Positions 1-10,259 of a DNA stretch of 64,000 nt are shown in pieces. Each line of letters starts with the position of its first letter. The stretch's first letter is position 1. Position numbers and translations under genes: made by a program. Below the pieces are notes generated by a model that saw nothing but the letters and a program-made list of their open reading frames with translations, was not told the DNA's origin and searched no databases. Source of the stretch: Chromatiaceae bacterium. GTDB taxonomy: Bacteria > Pseudomonadota > Gammaproteobacteria > Chromatiales > Chromatiaceae. The stretch is taken from positions 58,445 to 122,444 of the forward strand of contig JACKMK010000001.1 in the NCBI GenBank assembly GCA_024235395.1, in the 5' to 3' direction.

Positions 1-310
1 CGCGGTAGCGCGTTGTGTTTGCGATTGCGAAAAAGGGAATCTCGTCGCCGTGCAGAACGATCACGATCGACGCCGAAAACGGATCGGCTTGGTAGACATT
101 GTTCAGGTAACTCACGCGATCGAGCACCCGATCGAAGGTCTCCTGATCATGCACCGCGACGTCGTACACGACGCGCTGTGGAGCGTAGTCTATGGGTTCG
201 ACGTTCGACTGGCCCCAGGGTGCCGTCGGTGGCCCGGTCGCCTCTGCAGTCGCATGCAGCATACACAGCATCATTCCAGTCACCAGCGATGCCCAGCGAC
301 CGGGGCGCAC
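1..310 (-). CDS. DsrE/DsrF-like family protein, partial (3' end runs off the window)
   Basis: Not in the ORF track. Manual translation from GTG at 310 gives VRPGRWASLVTGMMLCMLHATAE (signal-like), then QRVVYDVAVHD...LDRVSYLNNVY...IVIVLHGDEIPFF, a DsrE-like pattern. Confidence 0.6.
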   Translation of the reverse strand, partial: MRPGRWASLVTGMMLCMLHATAEATGPPTAPWGQSNVEPIDYAPQRVVYDVAVHDQETFDRVLDRVSYLNNVYQADPFSASIVIVLHGDEIPFFAIANTTRYR

Positions 311-380
311 ACCGAGGGCCGCTGCGACCCGTCCAACACCGGGTGGCGCACATGGCGTCGCGGACACTCGCCTGCCGGGA

Positions 381-608
381 CTAGGATTTCTTCTTCCAGT
401 GTCCATCGCGTTTCTCATATTTTTGCTTGACGGCCGACCAGGCCACCTTGTGCGCTACCTCTTCGCGCGATACATCCCCGCGCCGATCCTGCGGGTCGGC
501 ATACTCATCCCACGCCGCGTTGAAGGCCTCGCGGTAGATCGTCTGTGCGTGTTGAGGCAGGTTCGCACGCACAGACTCCGGAAGACCCGCATTGTCGCGA
601 CAAGGCAT
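381..608 (-). CDS. chaB: ChaB family protein
   Basis: LPESVRANLPQHAQTIYREAFNAAW...AHKVAWSAVKQKYEK is the ChaB signature. Confidence 0.85.
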   Translation of the reverse strand: MPCRDNAGLPESVRANLPQHAQTIYREAFNAAWDEYADPQDRRGDVSREEVAHKVAWSAVKQKYEKRDGHWKKKS

Positions 609-885
609 GTCGTCGACCCACCTACGCCGGACTCATCCGTCACCTCGACCGCCACCGGCATTGACTTCGGATGCATCGAATCATGTTCGATGCGTGCCCC
701 TACGACGCTGCAAACCGGGTGCCAGGATCCCCGATGACGGTGCAAGGCAGGGAAAACCGCGGGCGCCGGGTCCAGGTGCCCCGCCGTTACGCCGGCGCAG
801 CGGTGCAATTGCGCCGCAACCCGGCGTAAATCCACCATCTTATGGATACAGCAGGCGCTCGCGCCGGTGAAGGGCCGCCGCCCGA

Positions 886-1596
886 TCAATCCTGCTCGTA
901 GTGCATGCCGTAGTGTCGATACAGCGCGAGTTGATAGTCGCGACTGATCAACTCTCCGGCATCGTAGTCGGGCGCCGTCTCAATCGCGTCACGCGTCAGT
1001 ACCGTGGTCAGCTCGGCCCGCTGCCAGTCGATCTGCTCGATCCAGGCAATCGCGAGCAGGACATGTCTCCCGAAGAGCCAGGGGTCGGTAGAGACCTCGA
1101 TATACCGCACCGGCCAGCCACTGTCCTCGAGCACGATGTCGGCCACCTGCCCCACCTCGCCGTCCTTTGCGCGAATCTGGTAACCGGTCACTTGCTCACT
1201 GCTGCGCAGGTGCGCCGGCGATGCCGCCGATGCGGCATATTCCGGTTGGCCATGCATTCCGCTCTCGCTCCGCAACGTCTGTCGTCCGAAATGTCTGCGG
1301 ACCGACTGCTCACGACCGGGAGACAGGGGGTTGCGCAGATCGACCTGTGGCGCTCGGCGGACCTGCTCACCGGCCACTGTCAGATCGATGCGGTGCCGGG
1401 CATCATCCACGGCCGAGATGATAGACGACGGCACCAAGATCTCTTCGCGCGACAGCCAACCACCGGTTTGCACGACGAAGTAATGCGCCTGCCACGCGTG
1501 CTCGTCGAAATACACCTCGCGCAACCTGCCGATGTCGCCATCCTCGGCATGCACTGCGTATTGTTTGAGGTCCGCCAGTTTGCGCGCTTGTCTCAT
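886..1596 (-). CDS. PRC-barrel domain protein (two barrels)
   Basis: Two DGxIG/DGEVG...YFVVxTGGWL/YIEVSTDPWLFGRHVLL repeats. Likely start MRQARK at 1596; the track ORF extends to 1671. Confidence 0.8.
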   Translation of the reverse strand: MRQARKLADLKQYAVHAEDGDIGRLREVYFDEHAWQAHYFVVQTGGWLSREEILVPSSIISAVDDARHRIDLTVAGEQVRRAPQVDLRNPLSPGREQSVRRHFGRQTLRSESGMHGQPEYAASAASPAHLRSSEQVTGYQIRAKDGEVGQVADIVLEDSGWPVRYIEVSTDPWLFGRHVLLAIAWIEQIDWQRAELTTVLTRDAIETAPDYDAGELISRDYQLALYRHYGMHYEQD

Positions 1597-1695
1597 GACC
1601 CGTCCGTCGTCCGACTCGGTGATGTGCCATTCATCCTGCGGTATCTGATAGTGAAGCACAGGCGACGCCACTCATCCCTTGAGCAGCACCGGCGG

Positions 1696-2307
1696 CTAAC
1701 GCAGCCAGCGCACGCTCCGTAGCATCAGGTAACCCGTCAACATGCCGCCGAGATGGGCGAAATGTGCGATCCCGTCGGCGGTGCCGGTGACGCCGGCGAT
1801 CAACTCCACGGCACCGTAGGCCACGACAAACCATCGGGCCTTGATCGGAACCGGCGGAAACAGCAATAACAGTCGCCAGTCGGGATACAGCTTGCCGATC
1901 GCCAACAGCAGCCCAAAGATACCGCCAGAGGCCCCGACCACCGGATAGGCAGCCCCCCCGTGCGCCAGCGCGTATTCAGCGACCATCAGGTGCACGACTG
2001 CGGCACCAATCACGCAGGCAAAGTAATAACCGGCGAACGCAGCCGAACCCCAGCGCCGTTCCAGGGGTACACCGAACAGCCAGAGGGCATACATGTTCAG
2101 CACAAGATGCAGCACGCTGCCGTGCAGAAACGCATAGGTAAGGATCTGCCAGGGCTGGAAGCTGAAACCAGTCACGCCGGCCGTGTTCGTCAATCGCAGC
2201 GGCCACATCGCCAGCGACTCGACAAACAGGTTGCCGGCGACGAGTTCGAGCACGAAGACGACGCCACACAATGCCATGATGGCACCCACGACGGGGGTGT
2301 CTTTCAT
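1696..2307 (-). CDS. Rhomboid family intramembrane serine protease
   Basis: FLHGSVLHLVLNM, GASG (catalytic Ser) and AHFAHLGG (catalytic His); multiple TM segments. Confidence 0.9.
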   Translation of the reverse strand: MKDTPVVGAIMALCGVVFVLELVAGNLFVESLAMWPLRLTNTAGVTGFSFQPWQILTYAFLHGSVLHLVLNMYALWLFGVPLERRWGSAAFAGYYFACVIGAAVVHLMVAEYALAHGGAAYPVVGASGGIFGLLLAIGKLYPDWRLLLLFPPVPIKARWFVVAYGAVELIAGVTGTADGIAHFAHLGGMLTGYLMLRSVRWLR

Positions 2308-2365
2308 CCGCGGACTCCTTCGATCCGAGGCAATCGGCGCTAATAGCACGCCTGAGATGTACGGT

Positions 2366-2668
2366 TCAGCTTCGAATGGTCGCGTTGATCGATGCACGAA
2401 TCCGGAAATAGCGCCAGATACCGATCGCCGCGGTAGCGAAACCTACGGGAATCAGGACGCTGCCGAGCAGTTCCATCAGCCATAGGCCCTCAAACAATTT
2501 GATGATCGTAATGCCCGAAACTATCAACATCAGCGCCGTACGCACCCACGCCAGCAAGGTGCGCTCATTGGCCAACCGCGTACGGTCGATCGCCAACATA
2601 TCACGCAGTATCAGCTGCTCCGCCGGATACGAATACAGGGGAGGCTGTCGAGTACCACGGAGTTTCAT
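2366..2668 (-). CDS. DUF202 (YidH-like) membrane protein
   Basis: RDMLAIDRTRLANERTLLAWVRTAL motif. Confidence 0.85.
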   Translation of the reverse strand: MKLRGTRQPPLYSYPAEQLILRDMLAIDRTRLANERTLLAWVRTALMLIVSGITIIKLFEGLWLMELLGSVLIPVGFATAAIGIWRYFRIRASINATIRS

Positions 2669-2916
2669 CGATGGCCTCCACCGGGAATGTACCGCGATGC
2701 GGCCCGCGCCCAACCCGTCTCGGACAGCCGTGTGCCGGGCGCGCGGTCGATCACCACTCCCCTGCAAGACGGATGTCCACTGCGACATCCGATCCTTGAA
2801 TCCCTTACGCCATACATATATTGGCCACTCGTCTTAAACCTCCGTTTCTGCACGCGTTGGCCGGGGCCCTCGCGCGTGCGCACCGGGCCCCGGCAAGGCA
2901 GCGCAACGTCGACGCA

Positions 2917-3279
2917 TCAGTAGCAGGTACCGGAGGCCGGATCGATGCTGTGCGCCGGCTCCGGCACACCGGCGATCAGGCATCCCTGATGGACCGGCCC
3001 GCCCGGGAACAGGGAATACAACCAGCGTGTCCCGCCTCGATCGTGAAACGCCCTGTCAAGGCTGGATGACAGATCACGCGCCTCCCCCGGCACGCCTTGG
3101 GCCAGATGTACCCGACGAAGATGCGCCACGACCGACCAGTGATCGTCGGTCATCGCGATGCCCTGCCGCGTCGACTCCGCCACGGCGCTCCGACGGCTCC
3201 ATCCGGAGAGTTCGCGCAGGCGCGCGACCCGGTCCGGATCATGATCCACGCTGCGTATCGCCTTCAAGATATCAGTCAT
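2917..3279 (-). CDS. DsrC/TusE/DsvC-family sulfur relay protein with an extended C-terminal arm
   Basis: MTDDHWSVVAHLR and WLYSLFPGGPVHQGCLIAGVP resemble the DsrC family; ends SGTCY. The start overlaps the cydX stop (ATGACTGA). Confidence 0.8.
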   Translation of the reverse strand: MTDILKAIRSVDHDPDRVARLRELSGWSRRSAVAESTRQGIAMTDDHWSVVAHLRRVHLAQGVPGEARDLSSSLDRAFHDRGGTRWLYSLFPGGPVHQGCLIAGVPEPAHSIDPASGTCY

Positions 3280-3496
3280 TCGCTTGATCCTCCATTGGCG
3301 TCGACGGTGCATCACCACGACGCCGCTGCTGTTGTACCTCGAACAGAGCCCCACCGGAGGCCGACACCAGCACCATCATCACGGTGCCGACCAGCCAGGC
3401 GAAATACCAGGGACCATGGTCTCCAAGCATTACCGCCAGCACGATCACCAGGACCGTAATCAGTAACATCAGTGTGAACAGCAATCCGGTCTTCAT
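3272..3496 (-). CDS. cydX: CydX-like small subunit of cytochrome bd, with an N-terminal extra TM helix
   Basis: WYFAWLVG resembles the CydX N-terminus (MWYFAWILG); lies directly after cydB. Confidence 0.65.
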   Translation of the reverse strand: MKTGLLFTLMLLITVLVIVLAVMLGDHGPWYFAWLVGTVMMVLVSASGGALFEVQQQRRRGDAPSTPMEDQAND

Positions 3497-3509
3497 GGCT
3501 CCATTCCCA

Positions 3510-4646
3510 TCAATCGCGTACGCGTCGTTCCACGACGGGGTGCTCGCCACTTACCTTGCCGCGCATAACCTGGAACGACCAGCCGACGTACCAGATCACC
3601 AGCGGCAGCAGGATCGCCATCGCGGCGAGCATCCACGACAAGGTGTAGGGTCCCGCTGCGGCATTCCAGACCGTGAGGCTCTGGTCCGGCCGGATACTCG
3701 ACGGCATCAGGAAGGGAAACAACGCAAACCCCGCAGTCCCGATCACGCCGGTCCAGGCCGCGGCCCCCAGCCACCACGCAAGCAGCGCACGGCCGGCGCG
3801 CAACACCACGGCCCCGATCGACAGGCTGATGCCCACGGCCGTGGGCAGCAGCCAACCCCATGGATGCTGACGGAAGTTTCCCATCCATGCCCCCGCTTCG
3901 AGCTGAACCGATTGCTGCAGCGGTGTCTGCGCCGAACCGATGGGTGCGGTATGCACCAGGCGATACCCGTCCATCCCTGAGACCCAGTGGCCACCGACTG
4001 CGAATGACGCCACCGCCAGAAGCGCGGCAAACCACGCGAGCATCCGGGCACGCCGGTGCAAGCGACCTCCGGTGCTGATCATCAATCGGGTCGCTCCCAT
4101 GTAGACCGCCAGAGACAGAGCGAGCACCCCGCAGAACAGCGCGAACGGGTTGAACAGGTCTAAGAACGACCCGGTGTAACGCGACGCCAATTGCCAGTCG
4201 AACCGGAACGGCAGACCCTGGAACAGGTTGCCGACCGCGGCCCCGAACACAAGCATCGGGATCACCCCGCTGATCACCAATGCCCAATCCCAGAGGTTGC
4301 GCCAACCCGAGGCGGCCAGCTTGGAGCGGTACTCGAAGCCCAGTGGTCGCAGGATCATGGTCCACAACAGCACCATCATGACGACATACAGACCGGAAAA
4401 TGCCGTCGCATAGACCAGCGGCCAGGCCGCAAACATGATCCCCCCGGTCAGCACGAACCAGACCTGGTTGCTGTCCCAATGCGGTGCGATCACCTCCAGT
4501 GCCTGCCCCCGCTCACGGTCGGTACGCCCCACCAGTCGAAGCACGGCGCCGATGCCAAGGTCGGTGCCCATCATTGTGGCAATCCCAACCAGGAGGACGC
4601 CGACCAGCAACCACCAGACGATTTTCAATACCGCGTAGATCTCCAT
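3510..4646 (-). CDS. cydB: Cytochrome bd ubiquinol oxidase subunit II
   Basis: IAPHWDSNQVW, LRPLGFEYRSK, FPFLMPSS, SLTVWNA. Confidence 0.95.
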   Translation of the reverse strand: MEIYAVLKIVWWLLVGVLLVGIATMMGTDLGIGAVLRLVGRTDRERGQALEVIAPHWDSNQVWFVLTGGIMFAAWPLVYATAFSGLYVVMMVLLWTMILRPLGFEYRSKLAASGWRNLWDWALVISGVIPMLVFGAAVGNLFQGLPFRFDWQLASRYTGSFLDLFNPFALFCGVLALSLAVYMGATRLMISTGGRLHRRARMLAWFAALLAVASFAVGGHWVSGMDGYRLVHTAPIGSAQTPLQQSVQLEAGAWMGNFRQHPWGWLLPTAVGISLSIGAVVLRAGRALLAWWLGAAAWTGVIGTAGFALFPFLMPSSIRPDQSLTVWNAAAGPYTLSWMLAAMAILLPLVIWYVGWSFQVMRGKVSGEHPVVERRVRD

Positions 4647-4658
4647 TCCTGCCACTCC

Positions 4659-6197
4659 CTAGCCCCCGTGCCCCAACGAATCGTCCGGTCCACGTCGCAC
4701 AGTGCGTACCATCAGATACACTTCGACGATCGCGAACAGGGTGTACAACAGGATGAAGCCGGTCAGCGAAAAGGTCAGGTAGGACACGCTGTGTGCGGAT
4801 GCCGACAGCCAGGTCGGCAATATCTCGTAGACCGCCCAGGGCTGGCGGCCGACCTCGGCGACGATCCAGCCTGCCTCGCCGGCCAGCAGCGGGACCGGGA
4901 TCATCCAGACCCCCCAGCGTAGAAAGCGTTTTCGCCTTTGCAGATCTTTGCGCATGCTGTGAATCGCCGCGAGCAGAAAATACACGAGCATCAACAGTCC
5001 CAGGCCGACCATCAGACGGAACGACCAGAAGACCAGTGGTACGTTTGGCACGACGTCGCGCGCCGCACGTTCGATGTCTGCGCGGGACGCCTGCCCGACA
5101 TCGTTGTCCGGCGCATAACGCTTCACCAGAAAGCCGTAACCGAGATCGTGTTGATGGGCCCTGAATTGTTCCAACGCCTGCGCATCCTGCGGATTTCCAC
5201 CGAGCGCCTGCAGCGCCTCGACTGCAGGAATGCCGTTGCGAATACGCTGTTCAGCCTGTTGCTGCAGTTCTTTCAAGCCGGCAATCGGGGTATCCAGGGT
5301 GTGGGTGACCAGCGGCGTCAGCAAGTAGGGGATCTGCAGCTCCCAGTCATTATTCCTGGTCGTTGTATCCGGCCATGCGGCGACGTTGAACGCCGCCGGT
5401 GGTCGCTCGGTCTCCCACATCGCCTCCATCGCCGCCAGCTTGGTCGGCTGTGCGTGACCACCGACGAATCCCAGCGCATCGCCCAGGGTGATGACGCCCG
5501 CCGTCGCGAGCACACCGAACAGTGCCGACATCCGGAAAGAACGCAGCGCGAACTCGTGGTGTCGTCCACGTAGCAGGTACCAACTACTTATCGCACAGAC
5601 GAAAACCGCAGCGGTGACGTAACCGGAGAGGCTCGTGTGGACGAACTTCGCCTGCGCATTGGGGCTGAAAAACAGCTCGCCGAGGCTTTGCAGTTCGAGT
5701 CGCATGGTCTGCGGATTGAATGCGGCACCGTGTGGTGCCTGCATGAAACTGTTCGCCACCAGGATCCACAAGGCCGATAGATTCGCGCCCAGAGCGACCA
5801 ACCAGGTCACCGCGAGGTGCTGCCCTTTCGACAGCCTGTCCCATCCGAACACCATGAGCCCGATGAAGGTGGACTCCATGAAAAACGCCATCAGGCCCTC
5901 GAGTGCCAGTGCCGCACCGAAGATGTCGCCGACGAAACTCGAAAAGAACGACCAATTGGTACCGAACTCGAACTCGAGTGTCAGGCCGGTCGCAATCCCA
6001 AGGGCGAAGTTGATCAGCAGGATCTTGCCCCAGAACCGGGTCATGGTCCGATAGATACGGTGCCCCGTCGTGTAGTACACGGTCTCCATCGCCGCGAGGA
6101 GAAAGGACAGCCCCAGCGTCAGCGGGACGAACAGGAAGTGAAACATCGCAGTGACAGCGAACTGCAGCCGCGACAGGTCCACGACACCGTCAGTCAT
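4659..6197 (-). CDS. cydA: Cytochrome bd ubiquinol oxidase subunit I
   Basis: LSRLQFAVTAMFHFLFVPLTLG, EFEFGTNW, QPTKLAAME, GWIVAEVGRQPW; long Q-loop. Confidence 0.97.
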   Translation of the reverse strand: MTDGVVDLSRLQFAVTAMFHFLFVPLTLGLSFLLAAMETVYYTTGHRIYRTMTRFWGKILLINFALGIATGLTLEFEFGTNWSFFSSFVGDIFGAALALEGLMAFFMESTFIGLMVFGWDRLSKGQHLAVTWLVALGANLSALWILVANSFMQAPHGAAFNPQTMRLELQSLGELFFSPNAQAKFVHTSLSGYVTAAVFVCAISSWYLLRGRHHEFALRSFRMSALFGVLATAGVITLGDALGFVGGHAQPTKLAAMEAMWETERPPAAFNVAAWPDTTTRNNDWELQIPYLLTPLVTHTLDTPIAGLKELQQQAEQRIRNGIPAVEALQALGGNPQDAQALEQFRAHQHDLGYGFLVKRYAPDNDVGQASRADIERAARDVVPNVPLVFWSFRLMVGLGLLMLVYFLLAAIHSMRKDLQRRKRFLRWGVWMIPVPLLAGEAGWIVAEVGRQPWAVYEILPTWLSASAHSVSYLTFSLTGFILLYTLFAIVEVYLMVRTVRRGPDDSLGHGG

Positions 6198-6480
6198 ACT
6201 GTCCCTACCTCAAAGCTCGGTCCCGACATGTACATGCCGCTGCAACATCTGCGCCATGGCGCACCACACCTTTCTCCGGAGGCCGTTGACGCGACGAATC
6301 GATGTTTGCCCGGTTTGCGTTTGTCCAATTGCACCAGCATGTCGGACCCGCTGGTGGTTGATTTGCACCCGGCATACAGACTGTCGCACTCGCCGGTGCC
6401 GCACGGGCGTATGCCGCGGCACGGCGCCCACCCATCATGAGGTGGACACCGTCACTAGCAGGCGTGCAGGCTGTATCGCC

Positions 6481-7755
6481 TCAGAGCTGGCGGATCAAGG
6501 TGCTCAGCTGCGCCTCGGCGCGATGAAACTCAGGCAGGGCGCTCGCTGGCGACTGCGCCTTGTCAACCTGCTTGTCGAGACCCTTGATCAGGGACGCGAG
6601 CTGCTGCAGTTCGTCCTTCCTGTCCGGCGCGACCTGCTGAATGGCCGTATCCAGGTAGCTGCCGGCCTCCGCCAGATCCACCTTGGCCGCCGCCGGATCG
6701 TGCGCCTGCACGCTGTCGATGCGCGCGTAGGCGAGGTACAGCTTCGCCTCGATCAACTCCTTCTTGCCCGCGCCTTCGGCGCGCAACCGTTGCCAACCCG
6801 TACTGATGTACTCGGCCGACCGCTCGGACAAGGCGGTAAGACGCTGCCAGGCATTTTCGATACGCGATGAGATGGAGGTGTCGTTGGTATCGATGGCGGT
6901 GTGCAGATCCCGCACTTCGCCAACCAGGTCCGAGACCGCCTTGCGGCTGACCTCGTCGTCACTCCTGGCCGCCCGCTCCAGGAGCTTGACGGCCGCATCC
7001 AGATCGGCCTTGGCCTGATCGCGCTCGCCGAGTTTCGATTCCTGCCAGGCCCTGTAGATCGCCGCCTTTGCCTGGGTGAGCGGCGACTCGAACGACAGCG
7101 AGACAAACACCACGTTGTCTTCCGCCTGGGCCAGCACCTGATCAGCCGTTTTGCTGTCGTTCTTCGTGAGCGCCTGCTTGGCCTGGTCGACGAGTTCACG
7201 CGTGCTGCCCAAGGGCAGGTCGGCCTCGACATACATCAGCGCGTCGTCCACCTCCTGCAACTGGCGCGAAGCCTGCTCCTTGTCGCCTTTCTTGAGCGCC
7301 TGTTTGGCGTTGTCCAGATGCGCCTTGGCCACGGACGTCGGCACATAGTCGACCAACTCGTCGAGCGAGGTGTAGATCGGTATCAGGTCCGGCAGGACCT
7401 CGCGGGTATCCTCGTACTCCAGGTGCTTGCGTGCGACCCAGATCCGGTCCTTCACCTTGGTCGTTGGCAGCGCCGCCTGAATGATGTCGAGCAGTTGCTC
7501 GGATTTGGCCAGCTGCGCCGATGCTGCGGCCACATCGGCGTGCTCGCCCTGCAGTGCGCCGCGCGCCTCGGCGATATGCCGCAGTACCTTGACCGCCGCC
7601 GACGAGATCGCGTGTTCGTCCTGGATGGTGATCTGGCGTCCGGGCAATACGCTGATTTCCTCCTGGATCGCGCGATCGGCGTAGCTCGGGCCGCTGACCA
7701 GCAATGCGCCGGCGAGCGCCGCGACAATGGGCTTGATGGTGAATCGATGAAACAT
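6481..7755 (-). CDS. YfdX-family secreted helical protein
   Basis: Signal peptide followed by repeated helical units (LRHIAEARGAL, AHLDNAKQALKKGDK). Family assignment by recall. Confidence 0.7.
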   Translation of the reverse strand: MFHRFTIKPIVAALAGALLVSGPSYADRAIQEEISVLPGRQITIQDEHAISSAAVKVLRHIAEARGALQGEHADVAAASAQLAKSEQLLDIIQAALPTTKVKDRIWVARKHLEYEDTREVLPDLIPIYTSLDELVDYVPTSVAKAHLDNAKQALKKGDKEQASRQLQEVDDALMYVEADLPLGSTRELVDQAKQALTKNDSKTADQVLAQAEDNVVFVSLSFESPLTQAKAAIYRAWQESKLGERDQAKADLDAAVKLLERAARSDDEVSRKAVSDLVGEVRDLHTAIDTNDTSISSRIENAWQRLTALSERSAEYISTGWQRLRAEGAGKKELIEAKLYLAYARIDSVQAHDPAAAKVDLAEAGSYLDTAIQQVAPDRKDELQQLASLIKGLDKQVDKAQSPASALPEFHRAEAQLSTLIRQL

Positions 7756-8036
7756 GTCCGTTACCTCCTGGAATGGTCTTGCTCGAACCCCAGAACGGGG
7801 CCTCAGCCAAGTCATGGCATTTCCCGTGCCATGCACCAGGATGTCGAAGATTCAGTGACTTGGTGCGTCCGGTGGGCGGTCGCGCGTCACCAATGGTGAA
7901 CCTGCACCAGGGGGCGTCGGGGATTCTCAACCAGGGAACGGCGGCTGTCCGGCCTCGTGTTTTCCCATTTTCTGTTTCGCGCTGCCGCGCTGATGTCGCA
8001 ACGTGGGGGTCTAACGCCCCGAAGAGGACCCGCTGA

Positions 8037-10259
8037 TCAGTCGATCACCGTGAAACCGACCACCATCTCGCCGGCCTGGTCGTCGTTGAAATCGCTACCC
8101 ATCGCGGTGTAGGAACCCGCCGGCAACGTGATCAGCAGGGCCGCTTCCAACTCGTTGAGCGGCCGATTCGCGGTCAGGGTCGCAATCTCGTCGGCATTGG
8201 CGTTGCTCTGCCAATCGTCGTTTTCCTGCAGCTTCAATGGCGGTTCACCGGGTCGCAACAGGAACAGTTCGAGCGTCGTGTCGTCGAGTGCCGTCTGCAG
8301 ACCGGTGGTCGGACCCCGCGCGGTGATCAGGACCTTTACGCTGCCACCGACCACGATACCGCCGTGCATCGGAATTCCGGGTCGGACCAGACCACGGGTC
8401 GACAGATTGCGCGCAACGCCCGTCGTCGCCGCGTCTTCGACCAGGGTAAACCCGAGCACCGTCTCGCCCGAGTCGTCGTCACCGGCATCGGACGCGGTCG
8501 CGGTATAGGAACCATTGGACAACTCGACCAGGAAGGCGGCCTCGAGTGCGTTCAACGGTCGACTGGCCGTCAGTGTCGCGATCTCGTCCGCGTTGGCGGC
8601 ATCCTGCCAGTTGTCGTTTTCCTGCAGCTTGACCGGTGGCTGTCCTGCGTTCAGCCGGTACAACGCCATGGTGGTATCGGCCAGAGCCGAGTCCAATCCG
8701 GTGGTCGGGCCGCGCGCGGCGATCAGCACCTTGACAGTGTCTTCGACCACAATGCCACCGTGCATGGGTACCAGTGGCTCAACCTGCCCGCGTGTCGAAA
8801 GATTGCGCGCGCGGTTGTCGTCAGCCGGCGGCGGTACCGGATTGCTCAGCCATGCCGCGTAGTTTCCTGCACTGTAGGCATCGCCGAAGCTCGCATAGTT
8901 GGTCCGCTCGTTCGGATTTGCGCAGGTCACGCTGCTGCTGCTCAGGGTGCCGAACAACAGGTTGGCACTGGAGTAGATACCCGAGCCACTGCTGCCCGCT
9001 TCGATCACCCCGTCCGTCCAATTGACCTCGAAGAAATTCCCCTGCTGGTCGGGGCTGCAGAAGACCGACTCCGTGAACAGTTCGCAGGACACCGGGATAT
9101 CGGCGTTTGCAAAGGACACCTTCTGCCAGTCCGCCTCGGGATGGTGTATCGCGAACAACGGCTGGCCGACCTGTGGCTCCGCAGTGGTCCACCCTGCCAG
9201 GGTCACACCACCCGGCGGAGGTTGATTGAGTCGCAACAGGCTGGTGTCGTAGGTACCGCTCAGGGTGTTGAGCAGCGTCGCCCCCCCGCTTTGCGGGGTA
9301 TACGCCAGGTCCTCGAAGATCGAATTGCACGCCTCTGAGCGGAAATACCAGTGAAACTCGATCGTCGAGGCGACCACCTGATTCGGGATGCAATGGTTCG
9401 CCGTGACAAAGTGGAAATCGCTGCCGGGATTGCTATCGTTGAGCAGCACGCCACTGCACGCAAACGACTCGCCACCATCGACGTACGATATCAGCGCGGT
9501 CGCGCTACCGAACTGTACCCGCTCGGCAGAGTCGCAACGGATATCGTTCTGGCAGCTGCCCGCATCGCCCACGTCGTACGGGACCAATCGTCCGTCGGCT
9601 GCGGCGGCGTCTTTGAAAAACTGTGAAACCGTTATCAAATCGACATCGACCGATGTCCGGTTCGCACCGGCCGGCAGCTCGAGTTCGAGCAGCAGGCGCT
9701 CACCCCTGACGCGCGGCGACCAGTAGAGCACCGCCTCGGGATCGTCCGGCGCAGCTGCCCGGTTGCGTCCGATCAGCTTCAGGATCTCGCGGCCGTCGAT
9801 CGCAACCGGAGGACGTGCGCCGCTGGTATCGGTACCAAAACGCAGCACGACGGCTTCCGGCAGGCGACGTACCTGCACGCCGAGGCGCAGCGCACCGGCA
9901 CCCGGCGCCTCGATGGCCACGACCAGTACCTGGCGGCCGTCCGCGAGTGTCTGCCAGTTCGGATGGTCGGCACCGAGCCGGCGCTCCGCAACGTCCGGCA
10001 AGGCGCGCGCAAAGCCACGTTGATGAGGTTTTGCGGCACGCCGTCTAGCGGTCAACTCGGTGGCGTCGAGCGCCTCCAGCCGCAACGTCGGTGGATCCTG
10101 GACATCGCCTACAAACCAGGCACGATCGGCCTTTGCAGCCTTTGGGACGAGCGGCGCGTACACCGTAGGCGCCATCTCAGCGGCGTTCACGGCCACCGCA
10201 GCTGCGCACACCAACGGTATGGCGCATCGCGCAAGACGCAGCAGCATATGGCGGGCCAT
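8037..10259 (-). CDS. Secreted trypsin-like (lysyl endopeptidase-like) serine protease with two C-terminal NLSTRG repeats
   Basis: Triad motifs TANHC, YDTSLLRL and GSSGSG; signal peptide; two ~125-aa repeats. The track ORF begins at 10319. Confidence 0.8.
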   Translation of the reverse strand: MARHMLLRLARCAIPLVCAAAVAVNAAEMAPTVYAPLVPKAAKADRAWFVGDVQDPPTLRLEALDATELTARRRAAKPHQRGFARALPDVAERRLGADHPNWQTLADGRQVLVVAIEAPGAGALRLGVQVRRLPEAVVLRFGTDTSGARPPVAIDGREILKLIGRNRAAAPDDPEAVLYWSPRVRGERLLLELELPAGANRTSVDVDLITVSQFFKDAAAADGRLVPYDVGDAGSCQNDIRCDSAERVQFGSATALISYVDGGESFACSGVLLNDSNPGSDFHFVTANHCIPNQVVASTIEFHWYFRSEACNSIFEDLAYTPQSGGATLLNTLSGTYDTSLLRLNQPPPGGVTLAGWTTAEPQVGQPLFAIHHPEADWQKVSFANADIPVSCELFTESVFCSPDQQGNFFEVNWTDGVIEAGSSGSGIYSSANLLFGTLSSSSVTCANPNERTNYASFGDAYSAGNYAAWLSNPVPPPADDNRARNLSTRGQVEPLVPMHGGIVVEDTVKVLIAARGPTTGLDSALADTTMALYRLNAGQPPVKLQENDNWQDAANADEIATLTASRPLNALEAAFLVELSNGSYTATASDAGDDDSGETVLGFTLVEDAATTGVARNLSTRGLVRPGIPMHGGIVVGGSVKVLITARGPTTGLQTALDDTTLELFLLRPGEPPLKLQENDDWQSNANADEIATLTANRPLNELEAALLITLPAGSYTAMGSDFNDDQAGEMVVGFTVID

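Noticed and set aside
6205-6438. Cys-containing small ORFs upstream of cydA
   Set aside because: No recognisable family or ribosome-binding site; probably the cyd promoter region. No convincing FNR box was found.
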